From: an uncultured Gammaproteobacteria bacterium
Lineage (GTDB): Bacteria > Patescibacteriota > Patescibacteriia > Magasanikbacterales > UBA922
NCBI GenBank assembly: GCA_964344965.1
Contig: CAYFPJ010000007.1
Location: forward strand, 1 to 48,273
DNA length: 48,273 nt
Reading direction: 5' to 3'
The notes below the pieces were generated by a model. That model made no database searches, was not told the origin of the DNA, and was given only the letters and a program-made list of their open reading frames with translations. Position numbers and translations under genes: made by a program. Below, piece after piece: positions 8,956 to 17,084 of this stretch (position 1 is its first letter; every line of letters starts with the position of its first letter).

Positions 8956-10350
8956 TTATTTTTCTTCGTGTTTGTGATCATGATCATGATCATGATCATG
9001 CTTACCATCTTTACAGTTCTGACATCCTAGTTCATGAAGTTGACTGTCTTCGGCCAGCTCCTTGGCTAGTATTTTGACAGTGAGGAATTGAATTACTTTT
9101 CTATTCTGGACTGCGCTAGCAATACTGTCTCTAATTTCTGGTTTTTTGAGGTTATCCATGTACTCTTTGTTGTCCCGATAGACGTCTTCCATCATCTTGA
9201 TCTCTTGGTCAATTTCTAGGTCAGAGACAGAAAGATTATTGTCTATAGCAACTTGTCTAGAGACGAGAGCTCCTTTTGCCCTTTTTTCGGCCTGCTGTTT
9301 GAAATCTTCGAAGAGTTCTTTTTCGTCTTTTTTAATATCCTCCAAATATTTTTCAATGGTCACTCCATGTCTGTCGAGATCCCTCTTGAGTTCATAAAAC
9401 ATTTTTTGTCTCTCTGCGTCAATTAGCACTTCTGGAATCGGTTCAAATTCACTTTTGGCAACTAGCTGATCGAGGATTTCTATTTCTGCTTTTTGATTAG
9501 CTTTTTGTTGAGCCTCTTGGATCAAATTATTTCTAATTAATTCTTGCAGTTTTGCCACACTTTCTTGTCCAAGTTTTTTAGCGAGGTCGTCAGAAAGTTC
9601 TGGAAGTTGACGTTCGAAGACTTCTTTTACTTTGATTTTGAAATCAACTTTTTTTCCGGCCAGATGTTTTTGGTAATGAGTTTCTGGGAAGTCTAGTGAA
9701 AATTCTTTTTCTTCATCTTTTTTCAGACCTTTCAGATAGTCTTCAAAACCTGGAATGTAATGTTTTTCGCTCAAATACACTTGATGGTCTTTGGCTTGAC
9801 CGCCCTCAACTGGGACTTTGTCAATGAACATATCCATGTCAATGACTAGCTTGTCAGTACCATCTGCTTTGCCATCCTTTACCACTTCTTTAGCATGCAT
9901 GCCGCGAACTGCATCGAGTGTTTCAGTAATTTTCTTTTCGTCTATTTGCGCATTATCACGTTCTACTTTTATTTTTTTCAAATCTGGTAATTTGACTTTT
10001 GGCAATAAGGCGACGACGGCTTTGTAAGTAATATCGTTGCCTGGTGCCAATTTTTCGATTTCAATCTTTGGCATACCAATTGTGTCCAGGTTTTCTGCTT
10101 TTACGGCTTCATAGAAGCTTCTTTGTACAATAGATTCTAGAGCTTCCTGCATGATAGCCATTTCTCCCACTTCTTTTTTGACAGTGTTATATGGAGCTTT
10201 TCCTTTGCGAAATCCTTTGATTGCTGTTCTTTCAGATATTTTTTGGGCAGCCTTGTCTAGATCTGCTTTATATTCATCCACTGAGACAGTGATATGCAGT
10301 TCTACTTGAGAATTATCTAGTTTTTTGAGAGTGTAGTTCATAAATTTCAT
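8956..10350 (-). CDS. tig: Trigger factor with a His/Asp-rich C-terminal tail
   Basis: 464-aa ORF with trigger-factor N-terminus (...GFRKGKAP...) and domain order. The tail is CQNCKDGKHDHDHDHDHKHEEK. Confidence 0.88.
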   Translation of the reverse strand: MKFMNYTLKKLDNSQVELHITVSVDEYKADLDKAAQKISERTAIKGFRKGKAPYNTVKKEVGEMAIMQEALESIVQRSFYEAVKAENLDTIGMPKIEIEKLAPGNDITYKAVVALLPKVKLPDLKKIKVERDNAQIDEKKITETLDAVRGMHAKEVVKDGKADGTDKLVIDMDMFIDKVPVEGGQAKDHQVYLSEKHYIPGFEDYLKGLKKDEEKEFSLDFPETHYQKHLAGKKVDFKIKVKEVFERQLPELSDDLAKKLGQESVAKLQELIRNNLIQEAQQKANQKAEIEILDQLVAKSEFEPIPEVLIDAERQKMFYELKRDLDRHGVTIEKYLEDIKKDEKELFEDFKQQAEKRAKGALVSRQVAIDNNLSVSDLEIDQEIKMMEDVYRDNKEYMDNLKKPEIRDSIASAVQNRKVIQFLTVKILAKELAEDSQLHELGCQNCKDGKHDHDHDHDHKHEEK

Positions 10351-10393
10351 TTATTTTAAAAAAGAGTTGCTCTAATATAGTACAATTTTATCC

Positions 10394-10468
10394 AAAAGTC
10401 AACCCAGGCTTTGCTTAAAATTTAAGGACTTGCCCGGCGGAGATATGGCGTAGCCTGGGTTGACTTTT
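10394..10468. repeat. 17-bp perfect inverted repeat with 41-nt loop in the tig / M23 divergent intergenic region
   Basis: aaaagtcaacccaggct (10394-10410) pairs with agcctgggttgactttt (10452-10468). Confidence 0.7.
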
Positions 10469-10497
10469 TCTCTTTGTTGAGCCATAATAGACGCAAT

Positions 10498-11886
10498 ATG
10501 TCTTATTTTTTAAAGAAGATTTTCCTCTACATTCTATATTCTCTTGTTCATGTCAAGCGTGGTTTGGTTTGGATATGGGGCAGTTTGATTGTTAGACCTT
10601 TTTTGCATTTTAGGAGAATATATCAAAAAACCCTGGGAAAATGGACCTACAAGTTTTTTTTGTTTGCAAAAAGACGTATTTTGGTAAAAATATCACCTCA
10701 TTCTGGCGGAATATTAGATTTTTTTGGAAAGCGGAGTACTTTGCAGGCTGTTTTGTTTATAGTGGTAGTTGTGATTATGATTCCACATACTAGGTTGTAT
10801 ACCATGGAGAGTACCAGTATTGCTGGTAGAAACACCCTCCTCTACAGTCTAGTTGGTCCCGGGGATCAAGATTTTGCTTCAGATGAGATATTTGTTGACG
10901 AAGGGGCTTTGGTTGTGGAGCCTACCCGCACTTGGCGTGAGGGCAGTGTGAGTGCTGATACCCAGTCTGTGGTTGGTGAAGATTTGGTTTTGGTGCCAAA
11001 AGAAATTGCTAGCATATCTGCTGGAGGTACTGCTGTAACCAAACCTACTATTTTACCTGGCGTAGATTTGCCTGTTACTGGCACAGATGAAGCTTTAATT
11101 CAGAAAACTGGCCGAACCAAGATCGTCCAGCACACTATAGAGCCTGGTGACACATTGGGAGGTATTGCCGAAAAATACGATGTGAGTGTGGCTACAATTT
11201 TGTGGGCCAATGACTTGAGTATTCGTTCTGTGTTAAGGTTGGGACAGACTTTGGAGATTTTGCCAGTTGAGGGATTGGTCCATACTGTCAAGCGGGGTGA
11301 CACTGTCAGTAAAATTGCAAAATTGTATGATGCTGAAATGGATCAAATCATATCTTACAACAAGCTTCAAACTAACGGAGCAGATATTGTTATTGGAGAA
11401 GAGCTCGTTGTACCTGGAGGCGTAAAACCACAACCAAAGAGGACCTATGTTCCTCCTACAAAGACATATAGTGCTCTTAGAAATATCTCCGCCCCTCCAC
11501 CTTCTGCTGCTGCTCCGGCAGGTTCAGGATATTTGTGGCCAACAAGTGTGCGGACTATTACCCAATATTTTGGTTGGCGCCATACCGGACTTGATATTGC
11601 TGGTCCGATGGGATCTGCCATCTATGCTGCCAAATCAGGTACGGTTGTAAAAGCACAGGCCGGATGGAATGGTGGTTATGGTACTTACATAATTATTGAT
11701 CACGGAGGGGGTGTGCACACCTTGTATGCTCACAATTCCCAACTTTATGTAAGTGTTGGGGAGAAGGTAACCCAGGGACAAACTATTGCTGCCATGGGAT
11801 CCACCGGACGATCTACTGGACCCCACATTCATTTTGAGGTGAGAATCAATGGTGCGAAGTACAATCCTTTGAAGTATATCCGCTAA
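10498..11886 (+). CDS. LysM-domain M23 family metallopeptidase (peptidoglycan endopeptidase)
   Basis: N-terminal TM segment and two LysM repeats (HTIEPGDTLGGIAEKYDVS.., HTVKRGDTVSKIAKLYD..). C-terminal M23 motifs (HTGLDIAG, GSTGRSTGPHIHFEV). ATG at 10498 preferred over the TTG at 10474. Confidence 0.88.
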   Translation: MSYFLKKIFLYILYSLVHVKRGLVWIWGSLIVRPFLHFRRIYQKTLGKWTYKFFLFAKRRILVKISPHSGGILDFFGKRSTLQAVLFIVVVVIMIPHTRLYTMESTSIAGRNTLLYSLVGPGDQDFASDEIFVDEGALVVEPTRTWREGSVSADTQSVVGEDLVLVPKEIASISAGGTAVTKPTILPGVDLPVTGTDEALIQKTGRTKIVQHTIEPGDTLGGIAEKYDVSVATILWANDLSIRSVLRLGQTLEILPVEGLVHTVKRGDTVSKIAKLYDAEMDQIISYNKLQTNGADIVIGEELVVPGGVKPQPKRTYVPPTKTYSALRNISAPPPSAAAPAGSGYLWPTSVRTITQYFGWRHTGLDIAGPMGSAIYAAKSGTVVKAQAGWNGGYGTYIIIDHGGGVHTLYAHNSQLYVSVGEKVTQGQTIAAMGSTGRSTGPHIHFEVRINGAKYNPLKYIR

Positions 11887-11894
11887 CCATATAG

Positions 11895-12320
11895 CATGGA
11901 ACATGGATCATGGAACACAGATTATTATTCTTGTGTTCTTTTTTTCTTTATACCTTTGATTGTACTATATAGCATCGCGGCTATTTCTTCTTTTAATAAA
12001 AATGCTTTTTCATACTCGTTCTTTGCTGTGTATCTAAGTTCGCTAGCCAAGAAACGACAGTATATTGATTCCTTTAAAGACGTAAAGGATGTTTCATACA
12101 TATTTTGTTTTACGGCGATTTTTATTCTGGCATAACCTTCTACATGGTTGAGCATGACAGAGACACTGGATTTTCTGTCTTGTGATTGCAATCCATATTT
12201 TTCATTTTTGGGATATTTTTTTGTTTGCTAGTAGGTTAATAGGATGTGGTTGTGAATGAGAATTTTTAGTTGGTCATGAAATTTATTCATAATTTGTTCC
12301 ATGTCATATGCTCCATGTTC
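11895..12320. repeat. IVS-like element: imperfect inverted catgga-word arms enclosing a four-helix-bundle gene
   Basis: Left arm is catggaacatggatcatggaacac (11895-11918). The reverse complement of the right arm (12299-12320) is gaacatggagcatatgacatgg. The arms abut the M23 stop and the comM stop. Confidence 0.55.
11925..12191 (-). CDS. Four-helix-bundle protein (23S rRNA intervening-sequence protein family), apparently cut short by an in-frame TAG
   Basis: KNEKYGLQSQDRKSSVSVMLNHVEGYAR... fits the family core. An ATG at 12290 is in the same frame (MNKFHDQLKILIHNHILLTY) but is followed by TAG at 12230-12228. Confidence 0.6.
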   Translation of the reverse strand: MQSQDRKSSVSVMLNHVEGYARIKIAVKQNMYETSFTSLKESIYCRFLASELRYTAKNEYEKAFLLKEEIAAMLYSTIKGIKKKRTQE

Positions 12321-12325
12321 TATAC

Positions 12326-13849
12326 CTACTCCGTTTTCGCCCGATATTGAAGAGCCTCTGCCACATGGGTGGTTTCAATACCATCTTTCCCATCCAGATC
12401 AGCAATAGTCCGGGCTAGCTTCAAAATACGATGATAACTACGGGCCGAAAGATGCATTTGTTGGACTGCCTGTTTGAGGAGATTAATAGATTGATCATTG
12501 AGTTTACAATATTCGCGCACCTCTCTATTGCGCATCTCACTGTTGGTGGTGTGCGGAGTATTTTTTAATCTAATGTTTTGACGTTCTCTTGCTTCTTCTA
12601 CTCGAGCGCGAATTTTTTCACTTGGTTCACCTAAGTCATCTTTACTTAACTTTTCAAATTTTACACGAGGCACTTCGACATGGAGGTCGATCCTGTCGAG
12701 CAGGGGGCCACTGATTTTTTTCTGGTATCTAGCAATGGATAGTGGTGAACAAAGGCAGTTTCGTTCTGGGTCACTGGCATAGCCACATGGGCAAGGGTTT
12801 TGACTAGCGACCATGGTGAAGCGAGCTGGGAAAGAGATTGTCCCTTGCGCCCTGGAGATTGTGATTACTCCGTCTTCCAGTGGTTGGCGCAAATTTTCTA
12901 AGACAGCGCGAGGAAATTCTGGAAATTCATCGAGGAATAATACTCCACGGTGAGCCAGGGAGATTTCTCCAGGTCGAGGAAACTTGCCGCCACCGACAAG
13001 AGCCACTCCACTGGCTGTATGGTGAGGGGCACGAAATGGTCTAGTTGTTACCAGAGGTTTGTCACTGGGTAGTATCCCAGCTACAGAATATATTTTGGTC
13101 ACCTCAATCGCTTCTTCGATTGTCATTTTTGGCAAAATGCTTGGCATGGTGCGAGCGAGGAGGGTCTTGCCAGAGCCAGGCGGACCAGAGAGGAGGATGT
13201 TGTGCGCGCCACTGGCAGCGATCTCCATCGCTCGTTTGACAAACTCCTGGCCCTTCACATATTTCATATCCATCTCATAACTGCTTTTTGAAAACCATTT
13301 TTCAATCGGCTGACCAGGGAGCGGAGAGATTTCTTTTGCTCCGGCCAGATGATTGACTATGTCTTGAAATTTTTCTACCGGATATACTTCTACCCCTTGA
13401 ATCAGGCTGGCTTCTTTGGCATTGATTGCTGGGACAAACAATTTCTTGTATCCTTTTTTTTCAGCAAAAATTGCTAGTGGCAGAATTCCATTGGTGTGAC
13501 GTAGTGTTCCGTCGAGAGCCAGCTCGCCGACAAAAAGAGAATCAGACAGATCAATGTCAGACGGATTTTCAATGGTCATATACATTCCCACTGCCATAGG
13601 CAGATCATACATGCTACCTTCTTTTCGTACGTCTGCTGGGGCGAGGTTGATGACAATGCGTGAATTGTTGGGAAATTTGAGATTAGTATTTTTCCAGGCT
13701 GTCCTGATGCGTTCTTTGGCTTCTTGGATGGCTGTGTCTGGCAAGCCGACGATCTGATAGCCAGGCCAGCTGCCCGCCACATCGACTTCCACAGTGATTG
13801 GTGTACAATCCAAGCCAAGCACTGCGGCGGAGTTTATTTTGGTGAACAT
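12326..13849 (-). CDS. comM: YifB/ComM family Mg-chelatase-like ATPase
   Basis: 507 aa with Lon-like N-domain, Walker A GPPGSGKT, FLDEFPEF, and a C-terminal ChlI-like domain. Confidence 0.9.
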   Translation of the reverse strand: MFTKINSAAVLGLDCTPITVEVDVAGSWPGYQIVGLPDTAIQEAKERIRTAWKNTNLKFPNNSRIVINLAPADVRKEGSMYDLPMAVGMYMTIENPSDIDLSDSLFVGELALDGTLRHTNGILPLAIFAEKKGYKKLFVPAINAKEASLIQGVEVYPVEKFQDIVNHLAGAKEISPLPGQPIEKWFSKSSYEMDMKYVKGQEFVKRAMEIAASGAHNILLSGPPGSGKTLLARTMPSILPKMTIEEAIEVTKIYSVAGILPSDKPLVTTRPFRAPHHTASGVALVGGGKFPRPGEISLAHRGVLFLDEFPEFPRAVLENLRQPLEDGVITISRAQGTISFPARFTMVASQNPCPCGYASDPERNCLCSPLSIARYQKKISGPLLDRIDLHVEVPRVKFEKLSKDDLGEPSEKIRARVEEARERQNIRLKNTPHTTNSEMRNREVREYCKLNDQSINLLKQAVQQMHLSARSYHRILKLARTIADLDGKDGIETTHVAEALQYRAKTE

Positions 13850-13855
13850 ATTGTA

Positions 13856-13890
13856 TGTGCGAAATTACGAAAAATACGAAAAATACGAAA
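13856..13890 (-). promoter_or_regulatory. Tandem TTTCGTA-word motif immediately upstream of the comM start codon
   Basis: Read in gene direction: tttcgtatttttcgtatttttcgtaatttcgcaca, then 6 nt, then ATG. A near-identical arrangement precedes the ABC ATPase gene (27923-27957). Confidence 0.45.
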
Positions 13891-14009
13891 CGATTTAGTT
13901 CATATCTTTAGTGTAGCACAAACAAAAAAACCAGCTATTTTACTGGTCTTTTTACTATGTTTTTATATTGTTTGTTTATAATTTTTTGTATTTATTTTAA
14001 TATCTTAGA

Positions 14010-14264
14010 CTATTGAAGCCTCTCTTTGTTGCGTGTGTTTTCTATAGCAGATACTGCCTCGGCTAGTGTGACATTTCCAGGAAAATCAGTAAAAGGTAGA
14101 TGGTCTGGAGGCAAAAGTCTGGCATGTTTTAGAGCCCTATATCTTTCTTCAGTGTCTAAGTCGTTCAATAATGTCAAATCTTCTGGAGACAGTCCTTCCA
14201 TGGTTTTGGAAACTACGGTTTCTTGATTGCCCGCCTTAGCTGAAGTCTCTGCATATGGAGTCAT
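14010..14264 (-). CDS. Hypothetical protein
   Basis: 84-aa ORF in line with the rmuC operon; no family recognised. Confidence 0.4.
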   Translation of the reverse strand: MTPYAETSAKAGNQETVVSKTMEGLSPEDLTLLNDLDTEERYRALKHARLLPPDHLPFTDFPGNVTLAEAVSAIENTRNKERLQ

Positions 14265-14288
14265 ATATGTAATATTATATTAATAAAA

Positions 14289-15407
14289 TTAATTATCCAA
14301 TTTTGGCTTATCAAGCAACTCTGGTTCAATCACTCGCTCGCCTTCAGTAATCCGTACCACGTCTTTATCAATTTTACCAAGCTCTCTATAGGCAGTATTG
14401 TAGTGATTGACTGTGGTGGTCATGCTGTTACCTAGTTTTTTCATATAGTCTTCGTAGGCTTTGACATGCTTGCCGAGCAGCTCGACATTTTTGCGAATTT
14501 GTTTGGCCCCTTCTTCGATCTTCAGAGCTCGCAACCCCTGGAGGACAGTCTGTAAGTAAGCGGCGAAAGTAGTTGGTGATACTATTATAACCTTTTTGTC
14601 ATTGAAAGCATAGTCAATCAGATTTCTGGTGTTCACCTTCACGGCCCCCACCTCATTGACTAGGAGATCGTAGTAGATTGCTTCACTGGGGATGAACATG
14701 AAAGCAAATTCTAGTGTGCCATCTTTTGGTTTGATATACTTGGCAGTTTCATCAATCCTTTTTTTGAGATCATTTTTAAACTCTCTTTCCAGCACTTCTC
14801 TTTGTCTGTCGTCTATGGCATCGACAATGCGTTGATAATTATCAAGAGAGAACTTGGCGTCGACTGGGATGAGACCATCTTTGGTTTTGATAAGAGCATC
14901 TACAATATCACCATCAGGAAATTTGTATTGTAGTTCGAAGCTCCCTGGTGGCAGCATATTTTCCAGGACCAATTTCAAACCAGCTTCACCCAAGTTGCCC
15001 CGCTGTTTTTGGCTTTTCAAAACTTTTTCAAGATTACTAAGCTGCTCAGAAAATCCGATTACTTGCTGATTAGTTTTATCCAGGCTAGTAAGCTTTTCAG
15101 TGATTTCAGCAATCATTTTATTACTCTGACCGGTAATACCTTGCATTATCTTGGTATTTTGTCCAAACTGGTCTTGGATGGTCTTGTGCAGACTTTGTTG
15201 GGTTTCTCCCATTGCTTTGTGAGTTTCGCTCATCTTTTGATCTACCGTCTTATTGAGGTCTTGGATCTGTTGTTGGAGCATGATGAAGAGGTTTTGATCC
15301 CCTTCTTTTGGTTTTTGTAGAACGGTCAATTTTTTGTATAACAAAAACATGGTCACTACTGTGACAAGAAGTAGGATGGCCAAAACAGGAAGTAGGATTT
15401 GTTCCAT
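14289..15407 (-). CDS. rmuC: DNA recombination protein RmuC
   Basis: 372 aa with N-terminal TM, coiled-coil region, and a conserved C-terminal RmuC nuclease-like region (FAFMFIPSEAIYY...). Confidence 0.85.
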   Translation of the reverse strand: MEQILLPVLAILLLVTVVTMFLLYKKLTVLQKPKEGDQNLFIMLQQQIQDLNKTVDQKMSETHKAMGETQQSLHKTIQDQFGQNTKIMQGITGQSNKMIAEITEKLTSLDKTNQQVIGFSEQLSNLEKVLKSQKQRGNLGEAGLKLVLENMLPPGSFELQYKFPDGDIVDALIKTKDGLIPVDAKFSLDNYQRIVDAIDDRQREVLEREFKNDLKKRIDETAKYIKPKDGTLEFAFMFIPSEAIYYDLLVNEVGAVKVNTRNLIDYAFNDKKVIIVSPTTFAAYLQTVLQGLRALKIEEGAKQIRKNVELLGKHVKAYEDYMKKLGNSMTTTVNHYNTAYRELGKIDKDVVRITEGERVIEPELLDKPKLDN

Positions 15408-15410
15408 AGT

Positions 15411-15683
15411 TTAGTTGAGGGATATTTTCAGATCAGCATCCAGGGCTTGGGCTGTTTTTTTTAGAAAAGCAATACTAGTATTGTAGTTGCCTGACTCCAG
15501 TCTGGCAATGGCAGGCTGTTTGGTCCCGAGCTTTTTGGCTAGCTCAGCTTGAGATAGACCAAGCTTGAGTCGTTTTTGGATGATAGCTTTGGCCAATTCA
15601 AACTCTGGGGACAAGTTATCATAGGCTTTTTTTACACTCTTGTTTTTTAGAGCTTGCTTTTTGAATTGAGAGAAAGTTTTCAT
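15411..15683 (-). CDS. HTH XRE-family antitoxin (HigA-like)
   Basis: LKLGLSQAELAKKLGTKQPAIARLESG is an HTH_3 motif. Start taken at MKTFSQF (15683), just downstream of the toxin gene. Confidence 0.75.
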   Translation of the reverse strand: MKTFSQFKKQALKNKSVKKAYDNLSPEFELAKAIIQKRLKLGLSQAELAKKLGTKQPAIARLESGNYNTSIAFLKKTAQALDADLKISLN

Positions 15684-15705
15684 ATAAATTAATATAACAA
15701 ATATG

Positions 15706-16023
15706 TTATGACTTGTCAAGTTGGTCAAGGTATTTTTTAGCCTTGGTAATTTCTTTTTTTGGGAGACGCTGTGATTTTTTGACAAATCCTGATAATAGGA
15801 TTATAGAGTGTTTATAAAAAGTATAGAAGATACGTATTTTCATCTTTCCTCTTAGTCGCAATTCAAAAAGATCTTTGCCAATTTTTTTGGTATATGGTGG
15901 TCCCAGCTTATGTCCAAATGTTTCCAAAAGTTCGATATGGTGCAATACTTTTGCTTGGGTTTGATCGTCTAGAGACAGAATAAATTTTTGTAATTCTTCA
16001 TTAAGAAAATGAACACGGCTCAT
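15706..16023 (-). CDS. RelE/ParE-superfamily toxin (HigB / Gp49-like)
   Basis: 105 aa with ...DLFELRLRGKMKIRIFYTFYKHSIILLSGFVKKSQRLPKKEI.., typical of toxin-first HigBA modules. Confidence 0.75.
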   Translation of the reverse strand: MSRVHFLNEELQKFILSLDDQTQAKVLHHIELLETFGHKLGPPYTKKIGKDLFELRLRGKMKIRIFYTFYKHSIILLSGFVKKSQRLPKKEITKAKKYLDQLDKS

Positions 16024-16146
16024 ATTTTTCTTAATTATGATTATTTAGTGCCAGTAATTATAACATAAAAAATGAGAATTTGATTTTTATAGCAGTTTTC
16101 TTTAGCTTGCTTCAAACAGCAATTTTTTTGGCAATCCTATCAATAC

Positions 16147-16175
16147 TTGAATAAAAACCATGGTTGTATTAGAAT
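16147..16175 (+). promoter_or_regulatory. Sigma70-type promoter upstream of the YceI-like gene
   Basis: TTGAAT (16147-16152), 17-nt spacer, TAGAAT (16170-16175). Confidence 0.5.
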
Positions 16176-16219
16176 GACTTAAGTGTCTATATATTAATTA
16201 TTTTTAATCATATTGAAAT

Positions 16220-16996
16220 ATGAAGAAATTAGCAATACTGATTGCCTTGGTGATCTTGGGGGGAGCATTTTTTTATGCACAGACGAGCAAAGAAGCAGCA
16301 GATCCAGTTGAAGATGTAGAAGAAGCAATGGAGGAAGTCATGGAAGAAGCAATGGAAGAAGTAGAAGAGGCAATGGAAGAGGGTGAAGATAGCTCAGAAG
16401 AAGGAGAATCAGAAGCGGGAGAGGCAATGGAAGGGGAATCCATGGCTGCTACAAAAGGAACTTCTAGTGAGGGAGAAAATACTGAAGAAGTCATGGAAGA
16501 AGCTATCGCTGAGCTGGATTATGCTGTCACGTCTGGCTCGTCATCATATTCTGTCCAAAAAGAATTTTTTGGTAAGCCAACTGAGACTATCGTTGGGACC
16601 AGTAGTGGTGTTAGCGGCTCTCTTAACTTGCTTGATGATAAGCTATCTATAGACGTCACTGTCAAAAATGATTTCTCATCTGGCAATGGTAGTCGTGATG
16701 GTGAAGTGAAGCAGTGGCTTGGTGGTGATATCTCTGTCAAAGCTAGCGAACTTACTCTAAATGATGGTTTTTTTGTTAGTCAGGGTACAGCCAGTCTTCC
16801 ACTTCAGTTGACTATCAATGGTATCACTAAGACAGTTCAGTTCAGTGTTACTGGTGCCATTACGGATCCTGTGATCACAGCCTCTGGAAGTGCTACTATT
16901 AATATGAATGATTTTAATGTTACCCCACCTTCAATCTTAAATGTTTATTCTGTGGCTCCGGAAACTCTGCTTAGTTTTGAGGTAGAAGCGAAATAG
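16220..16996 (+). CDS. Secreted YceI-like domain protein with an acidic E/M-rich repeat linker
   Basis: Signal peptide MKKLAILIALVILGGAFFYA, an EEAMEEVMEEAMEEVEEAMEE repeat, and a C-terminal YceI-like pattern (..SGNGSRDGEVK..). Confidence 0.7.
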   Translation: MKKLAILIALVILGGAFFYAQTSKEAADPVEDVEEAMEEVMEEAMEEVEEAMEEGEDSSEEGESEAGEAMEGESMAATKGTSSEGENTEEVMEEAIAELDYAVTSGSSSYSVQKEFFGKPTETIVGTSSGVSGSLNLLDDKLSIDVTVKNDFSSGNGSRDGEVKQWLGGDISVKASELTLNDGFFVSQGTASLPLQLTINGITKTVQFSVTGAITDPVITASGSATINMNDFNVTPPSILNVYSVAPETLLSFEVEAK

Positions 16997-17052
16997 GGTA
17001 TTGATCTAGACTGATTTGCCTTTGATTGAAACTGATGAAAATAGAATAAAAC

Positions 17053-17083
17053 AAAAAATCTCCGTGGGTGCGGAGATTTTTTT
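17053..17083. terminator. Bidirectional terminator between convergent genes
   Basis: aaatctccg-tgggtg-cggagattt flanked by A-run and T-run. Confidence 0.75.
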
Positions 17084-17084
17084 G

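Noticed and set aside
11896-12135. 79-aa plus-strand ORF (MEHGSWNTDYY...).
   Set aside because: It starts in the catgga repeat arm and runs antisense to the recognisable four-helix-bundle gene.
12228-12230. In-frame TAG in the four-helix-bundle gene as evidence for stop-codon reassignment.
   Set aside because: TAG terminates dnaN, rnpA, yidD and the phosphatase gene at family-appropriate lengths, so the standard code applies.
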